Source: Isoptericola halotolerans
Lineage (GTDB): Bacteria > Actinomycetota > Actinomycetes > Actinomycetales > Cellulomonadaceae
Direction of reading: 5' to 3'
Length of the DNA stretch: 64,000 bases
NCBI RefSeq assembly: GCF_013149785.1
Contig: NZ_JABEZU010000001.1
Span: 372,001 to 436,000, forward strand
Shown: in pieces, positions 1 to 9,953 of the stretch
How the letters are laid out: every line of letters starts with the position of its first letter
How positions within the stretch are numbered: position 1 is the first letter of the stretch
The notes under the pieces: model-generated
The model's input: only the letters and a program-made list of their open reading frames with translations
Told to the model about the DNA's origin: nothing
The model's database searches: none
Made by a program: the position numbers and the translations under genes

Positions 1-170
1 ACCGCGACCCGGGCCGGCGCACCGTCGGGGGCGACGGACGGCGCGTACCGCACGAGCGTGGCCTCGGCGTCGTCGGGCAGCGGCAGGGTGCGGGCCTCGA
101 AGTCCTCGCCCAGCACGTCGGGCCGCCAGGCCGAGGTGCGGAGGTCCTGGGGGTCGGGTGCGGTGCTCAT
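1..170 (-). CDS. 5' part of a probable alpha/beta hydrolase (runs off window start)
   Basis: ATG at 170 reads MSTAPDPQDLRTSAWRPDVLGEDFEARTLPLPDDAEATLVRY, resembling N-termini of actinobacterial lysophospholipase-like hydrolases; TAGGCT -10 box 7 nt upstream (leaderless). Confidence 0.55.
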   Translation of the reverse strand, partial: MSTAPDPQDLRTSAWRPDVLGEDFEARTLPLPDDAEATLVRYAPSVAPDGAPARVA

Positions 171-199
171 CGCATCGAGCCTACTCAGCCCGAGCCTGC

Positions 200-1198
200 T
201 CAGCGCGGCGCGTCCGGTCCCTGCTCGGGGCTCGTTCCGGGGCCGGGGCCGGGGCCGGGGTCCGTCGGTTCCGCGGACGGGGAGGTCGGGTCCGTCGGGG
301 GCGTGCCCTGCTCCGGAGACGTCCCCGGGGCCACGGGCGGCTGCTGGACGCCGAGCGGCGGGCCGGGCTGCGGCGGTGTCCCTCCGGGGGTGTACGGGTC
401 CGGGACGGGCGTGGCGCCCGGGGTGGCGCCTGCCGTCGCGGTGCCCGGCGCCGCGGTGCCCGCCGTCGCGGTGCCCGGCGCCGCGGTGCCGTCCGCCGTC
501 GGCGAGGTGCGCCGGTTGCTGCGGACGACGAGCACCGCGACCAGGGCGAGCACGGCGATGCCCAGCACCGCGCCGATGATCCACCAGGGGAACCCGCCGG
601 AGCCGAGCCCGCCGCTGGCCTCGCCGCGGGCGAAGATCTCCGTGCTCTCGCCCATCGCGGGGCGCCACTCGACGGTGCTGCCGTCCACGGTGCCGTTGGT
701 CTCGATGACCTCCCCGGGGAAGGTGACGGCCACCCGGACGTCGAAGCTGTCGGCGACCCCCGGGGGCAGCCCGCTCATCTGGCCGGTGTCGTCGGACATG
801 TCCATCGTGCCCTGCACCACGAACTCGTCGCCGTCGCGGGTGACCGACAGCTCGTCGGTCCCGGTGCCGGCGAGCTCCTCGAGGGGCATGTCGGTGAAGG
901 TCACGGTCGTGCCCGTGTACTCGCCGTCGGCGTAGGCCTCCTGCGAGCTGCCGTCCGGGAGGTCGCCGGCGATGTCGTCGCCCGCCTGGTCCCACAGGGC
1001 CTGCGGGTCCATCCCCATCGTCTCGGCCAGCTGGTCGGAGAACGCGACGGTCATCGACCCGGAGACGGTGTCGTCCGAGGAGAGGGTGAGGTCCATGTCG
1101 ACCTTCATGCACCCGGCGAGGGCGAGCAGCCCCACGGCGGCGAGCACGGCGACGGCGGCGGTGCGGAGGCGGCGCGGGCCGCGGGTGGGTGTCTGCAC
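200..1198 (-). CDS. LppM-like lipoprotein with C-terminal TM helix and Pro/Gly/Thr-rich tail
   Basis: GTG at 1198 after GAGGA RBS; lipobox LALAGC; MKVDMDLTLSSDDTVSG and VTFPGEVIETNG motifs; TM WWIIGAVLGIAVLALVAVLVV. Confidence 0.7.
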   Translation of the reverse strand: MQTPTRGPRRLRTAAVAVLAAVGLLALAGCMKVDMDLTLSSDDTVSGSMTVAFSDQLAETMGMDPQALWDQAGDDIAGDLPDGSSQEAYADGEYTGTTVTFTDMPLEELAGTGTDELSVTRDGDEFVVQGTMDMSDDTGQMSGLPPGVADSFDVRVAVTFPGEVIETNGTVDGSTVEWRPAMGESTEIFARGEASGGLGSGGFPWWIIGAVLGIAVLALVAVLVVRSNRRTSPTADGTAAPGTATAGTAAPGTATAGATPGATPVPDPYTPGGTPPQPGPPLGVQQPPVAPGTSPEQGTPPTDPTSPSAEPTDPGPGPGPGTSPEQGPDAPR

Positions 1199-1253
1199 GT
1201 CCTCAGCATCCCCCAGGTCGGCACGCGGGGCACCCGCTGGGCGGCGCGACAGG

Positions 1254-1274
1254 GTTGAGTGGAATAGACTCAAC
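1254..1274. promoter_or_regulatory. HAIR element (HspR operator) upstream of clpB
   Basis: GTTGAGT-GGAATAG-ACTCAAC is a perfect inverted repeat matching CTTGAGT-N7-ACTCAAG, 50 nt before clpB. Confidence 0.9.
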
Positions 1275-1324
1275 TTTGCGGAGGTTTATCCGAACAGACC
1301 ACCCCGAGCGGACCCGGAGGATCC

Positions 1325-3964
1325 ATGGACACCAAGTTCACCACGATGTCGCAGCAGGCCATCGGCGACGCCGTGCAGTCGGCGTCGGCCGCGGGCAACC
1401 CCCAGCTCGAGCCGGCCCACCTGCTCGCCGCGCTCCTGCAGCAGACCGGTGGTGTCGCCGTCGGGCTGCTGGAGGCCGTCGGCGCGAACCCGCAGCAGAT
1501 CGGGCAGAAGGCGCGCGCCGCGCTCGTGGCGCTGCCCACCGTCAGCGGTGACGGCGTCGCCCAGCCCGCACCCTCCCGGCCGATGCAGTCCGTGCTCACC
1601 ACCTCCGCCCGGGAGGCCGAGGCGCTCGGTGACGAGTACGTCTCCACCGAGCACCTGCTCATCGCGCTCGCCGCCGGGCAGTCCGCCGCCGCCCAGGCGC
1701 TGACGGGCGCCGGCGCGACCGCCGAGGCGCTGCGCGCCGCGCTGCCGTCCGTGCGCGGGTCGGGGAGGGTCACCAGCCCGAACCCGGAAGGGACCTACCA
1801 GGCGCTCGAGCAGTACGGCACCGACCTCACCGCTCGCGCCCGGGACGGGCGCCTCGACCCGGTCATCGGCCGCGACGCCGAGATCCGACGCGTCGTGCAG
1901 GTGCTGAGCCGCCGGACCAAGAACAACCCCGTGCTCATCGGGGAGCCCGGTGTCGGCAAGACCGCCGTCGTCGAAGGGCTCGCCCAGCGCATCGTCGCCG
2001 GCGACGTCCCCACCTCCCTGCAGGGCAAGCGGCTCGTCGCGCTCGACCTCGCCGGCATGGTCGCGGGCGCGAAGTACCGCGGCGAGTTCGAGGAGCGGCT
2101 CAAGGCGGTCCTGGAGGAGATCACCGCCTCCGACGGCGAGGTCATCACGTTCATCGACGAGCTGCACACCGTCGTGGGGGCCGGTGCGGGCTCCGACGGG
2201 GCGATGGACGCCGGCAACATGCTCAAGCCCATGCTCGCCCGGGGCGAGCTGCGCATGGTCGGGGCGACCACGCTCGACGAGTTCCGCGAGAACATCGAGA
2301 AGGACCCGGCCCTGGAGCGCCGCTTCCAGCAGGTGTTCGTGGGAGAGCCGTCCGTCGAGGACACCGTCGCGATCCTGCGCGGCCTCAAGGAGCGGTACGA
2401 GGCGCACCACAAGGTCACCATCGCCGACTCCGCCCTCGTGGCCGCCGCCGCGCTGTCCGACCGGTACATCACCGGTCGCCAGCTCCCCGACAAGGCGATC
2501 GACCTCGTCGACGAGGCGGCCTCGCGCCTGCGCATGGAGATGGACTCCTCCCCGGTCGAGATCGACGAGCTCCAGCGGGCCGTCACCCGGCTCGAGATGG
2601 AGGAGGTCGTGCTCAAGGACAACGAGAGCTCGGGGGACGCCGCCTCGCGCGCCCGGCTCGAGAAGCTCCGCGCCGACCTCGCCGACCGCCGCGAGGAGCT
2701 CGCGGCGCTGACTGCCCGGTGGGAGTCCGAGAAGGCGGGCCACAACCGCGTCGGCGACCTGCGCGCCCGCATCGACGAGCTGCGCACCGAGGCCGACCGG
2801 CTCCAGCGCGACGGCGACCTCGAGGCTGCCGCCCGGCTGCTCTACGGCGAGATCCCGTCCGTCGAGCGCGAGCTCGTCGACGCCGAGCTCGCCGAGGCCG
2901 ACCAGCAGGTCGCCGGCGGCGCGGACACGTCCGCCGAGCCCGGGACACCGATGATCGCCGACAAGGTCGGTGCCGACGAGATCGCCGAGGTCGTCTCCGC
3001 CTGGACCGGCATCCCCGCCGGGCGGATGCTGCAGGGCGAGACCGAGAAGCTCCTCGGCATGGAGGACGTGCTCGGGCAGCGCCTGATCGGGCAGACCGGT
3101 GCCGTGTCCGCCGTGTCGGACGCCGTCCGGCGCTCGCGGGCCGGCGTGGCCGACCCGGACCGCCCGACCGGGTCGTTCCTGTTCCTGGGACCGACCGGCG
3201 TGGGCAAGACGGAGCTGGCCAAGTCGCTCGCGGAGTTCCTCTTCGACGACGAGCGGGCGATGGTCCGCATCGACATGTCCGAGTACTCCGAGAAGCACAG
3301 CGTCGCCCGTCTGGTCGGCGCCCCTCCGGGGTACGTCGGTTATGAGGAGGGCGGCCAGCTCACGGAGGCGGTCCGCCGTCGGCCCTACTCCGTGGTGCTG
3401 CTGGACGAGGTGGAGAAGGCCCACCCCGAGGTCTTCGACATCCTGCTGCAGGTGCTCGACGACGGTCGCCTGACCGACGGCCAGGGACGCACCGTCGACT
3501 TCCGCAACACCATCCTCGTGCTGACGTCGAACCTCGGGTCGCAGTTCCTCGTCGACCCCACCCTGGACGACGCCACCAAGCGGGAGAACGTCATGACCGC
3601 GGTGCGCACGGCGTTCAAGCCGGAGTTCCTCAACCGGCTCGACGACGTGGTCGTCTTCGACGCGCTGACGCTCGACGAGCTGGGGCGGATCGTCGACCTG
3701 CAGGTCGACGCGTTCGCGGCCCGGCTGGCAGACCGTCGGATCACGCTGTCGGTGACCGACGCCGCGCGCGAGTGGCTGGCCCTGGAAGGCTTCGACCCGG
3801 CGTACGGTGCCCGACCGCTGCGGCGGCTGGTGCAGCGCGAGATCGGCGACCGGCTCGCCCGGCAGCTGCTGGCCGGCGACGTGGCCGACGGCGACGCCGT
3901 CGTCGTCGACCGTGACCCCGAGGGTGCAGGGCTCACCGTCGCGCCCGAGGTGCTCAACGCCTGA
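1325..3964 (+). CDS. clpB: ATP-dependent chaperone ClpB
   Basis: 879 aa; two Walker A motifs ([16 protein letters not shown]), [11 protein letters not shown], coiled-coil middle domain, GARPLRR. Confidence 0.97.
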   Translation: MDTKFTTMSQQAIGDAVQSASAAGNPQLEPAHLLAALLQQTGGVAVGLLEAVGANPQQIGQKARAALVALPTVSGDGVAQPAPSRPMQSVLTTSAREAEALGDEYVSTEHLLIALAAGQSAAAQALTGAGATAEALRAALPSVRGSGRVTSPNPEGTYQALEQYGTDLTARARDGRLDPVIGRDAEIRRVVQVLSRRTKNNPVLIGEPGVGKTAVVEGLAQRIVAGDVPTSLQGKRLVALDLAGMVAGAKYRGEFEERLKAVLEEITASDGEVITFIDELHTVVGAGAGSDGAMDAGNMLKPMLARGELRMVGATTLDEFRENIEKDPALERRFQQVFVGEPSVEDTVAILRGLKERYEAHHKVTIADSALVAAAALSDRYITGRQLPDKAIDLVDEAASRLRMEMDSSPVEIDELQRAVTRLEMEEVVLKDNESSGDAASRARLEKLRADLADRREELAALTARWESEKAGHNRVGDLRARIDELRTEADRLQRDGDLEAAARLLYGEIPSVERELVDAELAEADQQVAGGADTSAEPGTPMIADKVGADEIAEVVSAWTGIPAGRMLQGETEKLLGMEDVLGQRLIGQTGAVSAVSDAVRRSRAGVADPDRPTGSFLFLGPTGVGKTELAKSLAEFLFDDERAMVRIDMSEYSEKHSVARLVGAPPGYVGYEEGGQLTEAVRRRPYSVVLLDEVEKAHPEVFDILLQVLDDGRLTDGQGRTVDFRNTILVLTSNLGSQFLVDPTLDDATKRENVMTAVRTAFKPEFLNRLDDVVVFDALTLDELGRIVDLQVDAFAARLADRRITLSVTDAAREWLALEGFDPAYGARPLRRLVQREIGDRLARQLLAGDVADGDAVVVDRDPEGAGLTVAPEVLNA

Positions 3965-3994
3965 CCACGTCCCGCCGGGCGCTGAGCGTGCAGC

Positions 3995-4654
3995 TCAGCG
4001 CCCGGCGGTCGCCACGCCGCGCTCGAACGCCCACACCACGAGCTGGACCCGGTCGCGGGTGCCGGTCTTGGTCATGATGCGACCCAGGTGGGACTTCACG
4101 GTGCTGGCCTCGAGGTAGAGCGCGGCGGCGATCTCCGCGTTGGAGGATCCCCGGCACAGCAGCGCGAGGATGTCGTGCTCGCGGGGCGTGAGGAGCGCGG
4201 CCGCGTCGTCGTCCCGGGCGGCGGGCGCCCGGCGCCGGGCGAACTCCTCCAGGACCCGTCGGGTGAGGGAGGAGTCCACGAGCCCGTCGCCGCCGGCCAC
4301 CCGTCGCACCGCGTCGACCAGCACCTCGGGCTCGGCGTCCTTGAGCAGGAACCCGCTCGCGCCCGCCTCGAGAGCGCCGAACACGTAGTCGTCCAGGTCG
4401 AAGGTGCTCACGACCAGGACCGGCACCGGGTCGGCCACGCCGGGCCCGGCGAGCTCGCGGGTCGCGGTGATGCCGTCGCCACCGGGCATGCGCACGTCCA
4501 TGCACACGACGTCCGGTCGCAGCTCCCGTGCGACCCGGACACCCTGGGCTCCGCTCGACGCCTCGCCCACGACGTCGATCCCCTCGGAGCCGAGGATGAC
4601 CGCGAACCCTGCGCGGACCACGCTCTGGTCGTCCACCAGCACGACGCGGATCAC
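3995..4654 (-). CDS. NarL/LuxR-family response regulator
   Basis: Receiver VVLVDD...MDVRMP and HTH LTPRE...SNAEIA...TVKSH. Confidence 0.93.
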   Translation of the reverse strand: MIRVVLVDDQSVVRAGFAVILGSEGIDVVGEASSGAQGVRVARELRPDVVCMDVRMPGGDGITATRELAGPGVADPVPVLVVSTFDLDDYVFGALEAGASGFLLKDAEPEVLVDAVRRVAGGDGLVDSSLTRRVLEEFARRRAPAARDDDAAALLTPREHDILALLCRGSSNAEIAAALYLEASTVKSHLGRIMTKTGTRDRVQLVVWAFERGVATAGR

Positions 4655-6009
4655 GGGGCCTCCTGCGCGACGGGCTGCCCGGTACGGCCCGGGACCGTGC
4701 GGGCACCGCAGGGGACCGCGAGCCGCACCCGCCAGGCACCCCCGGGCACGGCCCCGGCCTCCAGGGTGCCCTCGACCAGCGCGGCGCGCTCCCTCATCCC
4801 GATGAGCCCGTGCCCCGGCGGTGCGACCCGGCCGGGCCGGTCACCGGTCGACGTCGACGGCGCGAGGGCTGTGCTGTCCACGGAGACCCGGTTGCGGACG
4901 GTGAGGACGAGCTCGGCCGGACGGTGGTCCACGACGACGTCGACCGGCTGACCGGGGGCGTGGCGGCGTGCGTTCGCCAGCGACTCCTGCAGCACCCGGT
5001 AGACGGTGCGCTGGGTGTTCGGCGGGACGTCGCCCTGCGTGCCCCGCACCTCGTGGCGGATGTCGGCCCCCGCGGACCGTGCGAGGGCGAGCAGCTCCGG
5101 CAGGTCCTCCAGCGTGGGCTGCGGAGCGTCCTCGAGGTCGGCGCCGGTCCCGCCGTCCGACCGCAGCAGCCCGACGACGAGCCGCAGGTCGTCCAGGGTC
5201 GAACGGCCCTGGGTGCGGATCCAGCGCAGCGACTCCCGGGCACGCTCCGGGTCGTGGTCGACGAGGCGCTCCGCGGCTGCCGCCTGCACCACGATCCCGG
5301 ACAGGTGGTGCGCGGCGATGTCGTGCAGCTCGCGCGCCATGCGGCCGCGCTCCTCGAGCACGGCACGGGCCGCCCGCGCCTCGCGTTCGCGCTCGGCCTG
5401 CTCCACGCGCCCGCGCAGCTGGGCCTCCAGCTCGCGCCGGGTGCCGACGTAGACGCCGATCAGCGTGGCACCGACGTAGGCGAGGACGGCGGAGACCAGA
5501 CCCGCCCCGAGCTGGGTCGCGGCCGAGCCGGTGGCTGGGAGGTGCTCGGGGACCGGCCCGACGAGCACGAAGCTCAGGAGCGTGAGCGCCACGGAGGCGA
5601 CCACGGCCCACCCCACCGCGGCGCGCCGCGGGACGTACGCGCCCACGGAGTAGGCAGCGACCAGGGTGGCCGGCGCCTGGAAGGACAGGAACGGGGGTAG
5701 CACCGCCACGAGCGCGACCTGGCCCGCGGTGACGAGCGCGAGGCAGAGCAGGGGGGAGCGCCGGCGCAGGCACAGCAGGGACGCCTGGGCGAGCATCACG
5801 GCGGTGACCGAGAGCCGGCCGGCGCCGTCGATCTGCGCGTCGTCGGCACCCTGGCCGACGAGCGGGACGACGACCTCGTCGAAGGCCACCCGCTCCACGA
5901 CCAGGAACAGTGCGACCGTCAGCAGGCCGACCGCGACCCCCAGCAGCGCGTCGCGCCGACCAGGAGTGGAGCGGACGGCGTCGAGACGCCGGCGCGGGGG
6001 TCCGGTCAC
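4651..6009 (-). CDS. membrane sensor histidine kinase (HisKA_3 type)
   Basis: Several TM helices; EERGRMARELHDIAAH H-box; QESLANARRHA; GHGLIGMRER; 4-nt overlap with the regulator. Confidence 0.92.
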   Translation of the reverse strand: MTGPPRRRLDAVRSTPGRRDALLGVAVGLLTVALFLVVERVAFDEVVVPLVGQGADDAQIDGAGRLSVTAVMLAQASLLCLRRRSPLLCLALVTAGQVALVAVLPPFLSFQAPATLVAAYSVGAYVPRRAAVGWAVVASVALTLLSFVLVGPVPEHLPATGSAATQLGAGLVSAVLAYVGATLIGVYVGTRRELEAQLRGRVEQAEREREARAARAVLEERGRMARELHDIAAHHLSGIVVQAAAAERLVDHDPERARESLRWIRTQGRSTLDDLRLVVGLLRSDGGTGADLEDAPQPTLEDLPELLALARSAGADIRHEVRGTQGDVPPNTQRTVYRVLQESLANARRHAPGQPVDVVVDHRPAELVLTVRNRVSVDSTALAPSTSTGDRPGRVAPPGHGLIGMRERAALVEGTLEAGAVPGGAWRVRLAVPCGARTVPGRTGQPVAQEAP

Positions 6010-6087
6010 GGGGAGGCCGCCTCTCGTCGGGTGCTGGGGCGAGACTACTGTCCGGCCCGGCGGGTCCCCCCGCCGGGCCGGACGGGC

Positions 6088-6960
6088 TCACAGGAGGTCG
6101 CGGCGGGAGAACGTGACCGCGCCGGAGCCGAGCACGACGGCGACCCAGGCCGCCAGCCCGGCGAGCGCGGCCGCCGCCCCGGTCGTGGCGACGTCGCCGA
6201 GGAGCCCGGCCGCCTGACCCGCCGACGCCGTCGCGCCGAGGGTCAGCGGCAGCCAGGTCAGCGCCGACGACGTCCCGGCGGACACCAGCGCGACGACCGC
6301 CTGGACCAGCGGCTCGACGAACGCGACCGCGACGACGACGACGATCGCCGCGACCTGGTTGCGCACGAGGATGCCGACGCCCAGCCCGAGCCACGCGAAC
6401 GCCACCAGGACGGCCAGGCCCCGCGCCCAGGTGCCGAGGACGTCTCCGCCGTCGACGGCGAGCCCGGCACCCGGCGTGCTCAGGACCGCCGTGGCCAGGC
6501 CGAGCGCCGAGACGAGCGCGAGGCCGACGCCGATCGTCGCCGCGGCGACCGCCGTCGCAGCGGCCTTGCCGAGCAGCACCCGGGTGCGCGAGGGGACCAC
6601 GAGCGCCGTCGGGACGATCCCGCCCGTGCGGAAGTCGGTGGTACCGGCCAGCGCGCCGAGGATGAGCATGCACAGGGTCGCGACACCGACCGACCCGGTC
6701 CCCGAGGGGCCGTTGCCGAGGAGGTCGAGCATCCCTCGCTGGGCGCCGGCGGTGCCGAGGTCGGTGAGCGCGACCAGGTCGGGGACGAGGTCGGTCGCCG
6801 GTCCGGGGGAGGTGAGCGCGTCCAGCCGGTCGAGCCGGTCGAGCACCCGCGGCATCACGACGGTCAGGGCCTGCACGAGCACCGCGCCGGCGAGGGCGAC
6901 GATGCCGATGACCCAGGCGGAGCGGGTGGAGCGGAGCTTGAGGATCTCGGCACGGAACAT
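6088..6960 (-). CDS. ABC-2 type transporter permease
   Basis: MFRAEILKLRS start, about 6 TM helices, ends FSRRDLL. Confidence 0.85.
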   Translation of the reverse strand: MFRAEILKLRSTRSAWVIGIVALAGAVLVQALTVVMPRVLDRLDRLDALTSPGPATDLVPDLVALTDLGTAGAQRGMLDLLGNGPSGTGSVGVATLCMLILGALAGTTDFRTGGIVPTALVVPSRTRVLLGKAAATAVAAATIGVGLALVSALGLATAVLSTPGAGLAVDGGDVLGTWARGLAVLVAFAWLGLGVGILVRNQVAAIVVVVAVAFVEPLVQAVVALVSAGTSSALTWLPLTLGATASAGQAAGLLGDVATTGAAAALAGLAAWVAVVLGSGAVTFSRRDLL

Positions 6961-7673
6961 CAGCGGACTCCTGCGGTGGTGGCGGTCAGGTCGAGGTAGA
7001 CGTCCTCGAGCGAGGCGTCCCGGACCAGCTCGTCGAGCGGTCCGGCGGTGATGACGCGGCCCTGCCCCAGGACCACGACGTCGTCGGCCACCTGGGTGAC
7101 CTCGGCGAGCACGTGGCTGGCGAGCAGGACGGCACCGCCGCCGTCCGCGAAGGAGCGCAGCATCTCGCGCAGCCAGCGCATGCCCGCCGGGTCGAGACCG
7201 TTGGCGGGCTCGTCGAGGACGAGCACGCCCGGATCGCCGAGGAGTGCTGCGGCGAGCCCGAGCCGCTGCCGCATCCCCAGGGAGTACGTGCGCACGCGGC
7301 GGTCCGCGGCGGGCGTCATCCCCACGATCTCCAGCACGTCGTCGACCCGGCCGGCGGGGAGCCCGGCGGCCAGGGTGAGGATGCGCAGGTGGTCGCGGCC
7401 GGTGCGCCCGGGGTGCAGGCCGCCCGCGTCCAGGAGCGCCCCCACGGTCCGCGCGGGGTCGTCGAGGTCGCCGTGGCGCCGGCCCTGGACGAGCGCCTGG
7501 CCCGCGGTGGGGGCGGCGAGTCCGAGCAGGACGTGCAGGGTGGTCGTCTTGCCGGCCCCGTTGGGTCCGAGGAGCCCGACGACGCGTCCCGGCTCGACCG
7601 TGAGGTCGACGTCGCGGACGGCGTCGAACCCCCCGTACGACTTGCGCAGACCGGTGATCTGGATGGCGGGCAC
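6960..7673 (-). CDS. ABC transporter ATP-binding protein
   Basis: GPNGAGKTT, YSLGMRQRLG, LDEPANGLD; GTG start at 7673 after GAGGG. Confidence 0.92.
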   Translation of the reverse strand: MPAIQITGLRKSYGGFDAVRDVDLTVEPGRVVGLLGPNGAGKTTTLHVLLGLAAPTAGQALVQGRRHGDLDDPARTVGALLDAGGLHPGRTGRDHLRILTLAAGLPAGRVDDVLEIVGMTPAADRRVRTYSLGMRQRLGLAAALLGDPGVLVLDEPANGLDPAGMRWLREMLRSFADGGGAVLLASHVLAEVTQVADDVVVLGQGRVITAGPLDELVRDASLEDVYLDLTATTAGVR

Positions 7674-7788
7674 GTGTTCCCCTCTCGTGGTGGCCCGCAC
7701 CGTGGCCGGCGCGGTGCTCCCAGACTGGCCGGGGCGACGTCGTCGTCGCTTCTGGCGGGAGGGGGAAGGTGACCTACGACTTTTGGTG

Positions 7789-7856
7789 GAACGCCGAACA
7801 GGAGCCTGGGCCCGTATTCCTCGCGGAATACGGGCCCAGGCTCCTGTTCGGCGTTC
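7789..7856. terminator. 32-bp perfect hairpin, probable terminator of the NlpC/P60 gene
   Basis: GAACGCCGAACAGGAGCCTGGGCCCGTATTCC-TCGC-exact reverse complement, 15 nt after the NlpC stop. Confidence 0.75.
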
Positions 7857-7871
7857 GCTTGCGGGAGAGTC

Positions 7872-8735
7872 TCAGACGCGGACGAACGTGGGGTTGCTCT
7901 GCCACATCTTCCGCTTGATGACGCCGGTCCCGGGGCGGGCGGCCTCGATGACCTGGCCCTTGCCCGCGTAGATGGCGACGTGACCCGGGGTGTAGACGAT
8001 GTCGCCGGGCTTGGCGTTCTGGCGGGAGACCTTCTTGCCCGCCGAGCGCTGCGCGGAGGACGACCGCGGCAGGTTCTTGCCGGTCGCCTTCTTGTAGACG
8101 TACGACGTGAACCCCGAGCAGTCGAAGCCCGTCGCCGGGCTGGTGCCGCCGTAGGAGTAGCGGTGGCCGACGTACCGGTTGGCCACGTTGACGACCTTCG
8201 AGCCGCTCGTCTTCTTCGCCTTCACCGTGATGGTGCGGTTGCGCTGTACCTGGGCCAGCCCGGTGGACCTGGCCGGCACCACCGTCAGGCGGACACGGTT
8301 CTTGCCGACGTCGTAGCGCTTCAGCTGCGGCTTCATGCGCACGATGCCGTTGTTGTTCAGCTTCTTGACGTTGACCTTCTTGCCGTCGACGAAGAGGCGG
8401 ACGCGACCCTTGACCGGGTCGCCACCCTTGGTCGCCTTGACCGTGAAGACGGGCCGCGTCTTCTTGCTGCCCTTCTGCGCGGACTTCCGGGACACGGAGA
8501 CCTTGACGGCCGGCTTGGACTTCTTCGCGGCGACGAGCGCCTGACCGGCGACCGACACGTTCGCCACCGTGGAGGAGGTCGACGGGGCGGGTGCGGCGGA
8601 CGCGGTACCGGCACCGACGACGAGCGTTCCGCCCGCGAGCGCGGCGGACAGGGCGACGGCGACGGCGGAGCGTCGCAGGCGCGGTGATCGTTCGGTGCCC
8701 TGCGGGCGCGCAGGACTGTACTGAGTGTGGGACAT
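7872..8735 (-). CDS. secreted NlpC/P60 peptidoglycan endopeptidase
   Basis: ATG at 8735 after GGAGAGG; signal peptide ending ASAA; Lys-rich middle region; YSYGG, FDCSGF, GHVAIY, VIEAA catalytic motifs. Confidence 0.9.
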   Translation of the reverse strand: MSHTQYSPARPQGTERSPRLRRSAVAVALSAALAGGTLVVGAGTASAAPAPSTSSTVANVSVAGQALVAAKKSKPAVKVSVSRKSAQKGSKKTRPVFTVKATKGGDPVKGRVRLFVDGKKVNVKKLNNNGIVRMKPQLKRYDVGKNRVRLTVVPARSTGLAQVQRNRTITVKAKKTSGSKVVNVANRYVGHRYSYGGTSPATGFDCSGFTSYVYKKATGKNLPRSSSAQRSAGKKVSRQNAKPGDIVYTPGHVAIYAGKGQVIEAARPGTGVIKRKMWQSNPTFVRV

Positions 8736-8740
8736 GGGTA

Positions 8741-8906
8741 CCTCTCCAGCCTGCGAGATGAGCTGTCGGATGAGGCCGAGAAGTGATGGCCCGCCGTCGT
8801 GGGACGGCTTAACCCCAAGGACGGAACGAGTCCGCCCGAAGAACGTGGTTCTCCCGCTGCTGCCGTGGGTTCGGTGAAGCCGGACCACCGGCAGCACTGG
8901 GCTTGC
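8741..8906 (-). ncRNA. c-di-AMP (ydaO/yuaA) riboswitch
   Basis: Minus strand reads AGCGGGAGAACCA...TTGGGGTTAAGCC...GGGCC...TCCGACAGCTCATCTCGCAGGC, the ordered ydaO blocks, directly upstream of a cell-wall hydrolase. Confidence 0.82.
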
Positions 8907-9200
8907 GGTCCGACCTTTCACCCCGGACACGGGGCGACCCGGGCACGCTAACGGCAAGTGGCCGCTGATCACAATCAGGTAACGGCGCGTTGTCCGTCTT
9001 CTTTGCGGAGGAATGGTGAAGCATTCCGGAGGCGTGCTGATGACCGAATTGACCGATCAATACCTTCTCAGTCGGACAAGCCGCTCAGAATGCACGCCCG
9101 AGATGTACCGTCTCGGCTGGATATGCGCGCTCGTCGTCGCGGTCGACACCGCTCGTCCGTGCAGGTCGCGGGCGCCTCTTCACGACCGGGGTGACGATGG

Positions 9201-9944
9201 TCACTCCAGGAGGCTTCCCGTCCTCGGGGCTGTGGTCACCGCCACACACAGTCCGGCACGGTCACCCTGCGCCCAGGACTCCTCGCTCGGGGTCCAGACG
9301 ACCCACGAGAGATCGGCGCCCGCGGAGGAGCCGACCTCCGACCCGCTCGGTCCGAGCAGATCGGGGCCGCAGGTCCGCGAGACCCGCGTGGCCAGGGCCT
9401 GTGCGCCGGGCCACACCTCGTCCACCGCCGAGTCGTGCCGTCCGACCACCTGCCCGGTGTGCTCCTCGGCGCACGGGACCGCCTCGACCGCCTCGACCGT
9501 CGCACCGTCCGGGACGTCGGCCAGGCACGAGCCGAGCACGAGCTGGACGGCGTTGACCCGCCTCGTCTCGTCGAGGTCCGCGGCCACCGGCTCCCAGGCC
9601 TGGTCGCGCGACTGGTTCACCGTCCAGGCCCCACCGGCAGCCACGCCGACCACGAGGACGATCACGCCGACCATCGACGCGACCCAGATCCTGGCCCGTC
9701 GGCGCGCGGCCGCCCGGTCCGCCGCCGTCGGGCCACCGGGAGCTCCCCACCGGGCGCCGAAGGTCGCCGGGTCGTCGGCGCCGACGACCGGGCCTGGTGC
9801 GCCGCTCCCGTGCGCACCCGTGCCGTGCGCACCCGTGCCGTGCGCACCTGTGCCGTGCGCCGCCGGCGCGGCCGGTGCGGCGTCCGCCGCCGGCCCCGGG
9901 GAGGTGAACAGCGGGTCCTCTGCGCGGTCGGGCACGTCGGTCAT
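9201..9944 (-). CDS. membrane protein with Cys-containing extracellular (septum-formation-like) domain
   Basis: Low-complexity N-terminus with AHGTG repeats, one TM, then GSCL, VPCAEEH, PSEESWAQGDR..C motifs. Confidence 0.65.
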   Translation of the reverse strand: MTDVPDRAEDPLFTSPGPAADAAPAAPAAHGTGAHGTGAHGTGAHGSGAPGPVVGADDPATFGARWGAPGGPTAADRAAARRRARIWVASMVGVIVLVVGVAAGGAWTVNQSRDQAWEPVAADLDETRRVNAVQLVLGSCLADVPDGATVEAVEAVPCAEEHTGQVVGRHDSAVDEVWPGAQALATRVSRTCGPDLLGPSGSEVGSSAGADLSWVVWTPSEESWAQGDRAGLCVAVTTAPRTGSLLE

Positions 9945-9953
9945 GAGAACAAC

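Noticed and set aside
432..490. 30-bp coding repeat (GTAAPGTATA) and the 15-bp AHGTG repeats at about 9808-9860
   Set aside because: In-frame low-complexity linker expansions, common in such proteins
1286..3424. Long antisense ORFs, e.g. 1286-3424, 19388-21973, 27521-30775, 58261-60717
   Set aside because: These are shadow frames of well-supported genes in high-GC DNA, with Arg/Gly/Pro-rich or motif-free translations
9928..9945. 18-nt identity with 12571-12588 (both genes start MTDVP)
   Set aside because: Only two copies, both coding N-termini with preferred codons; likely coincidence
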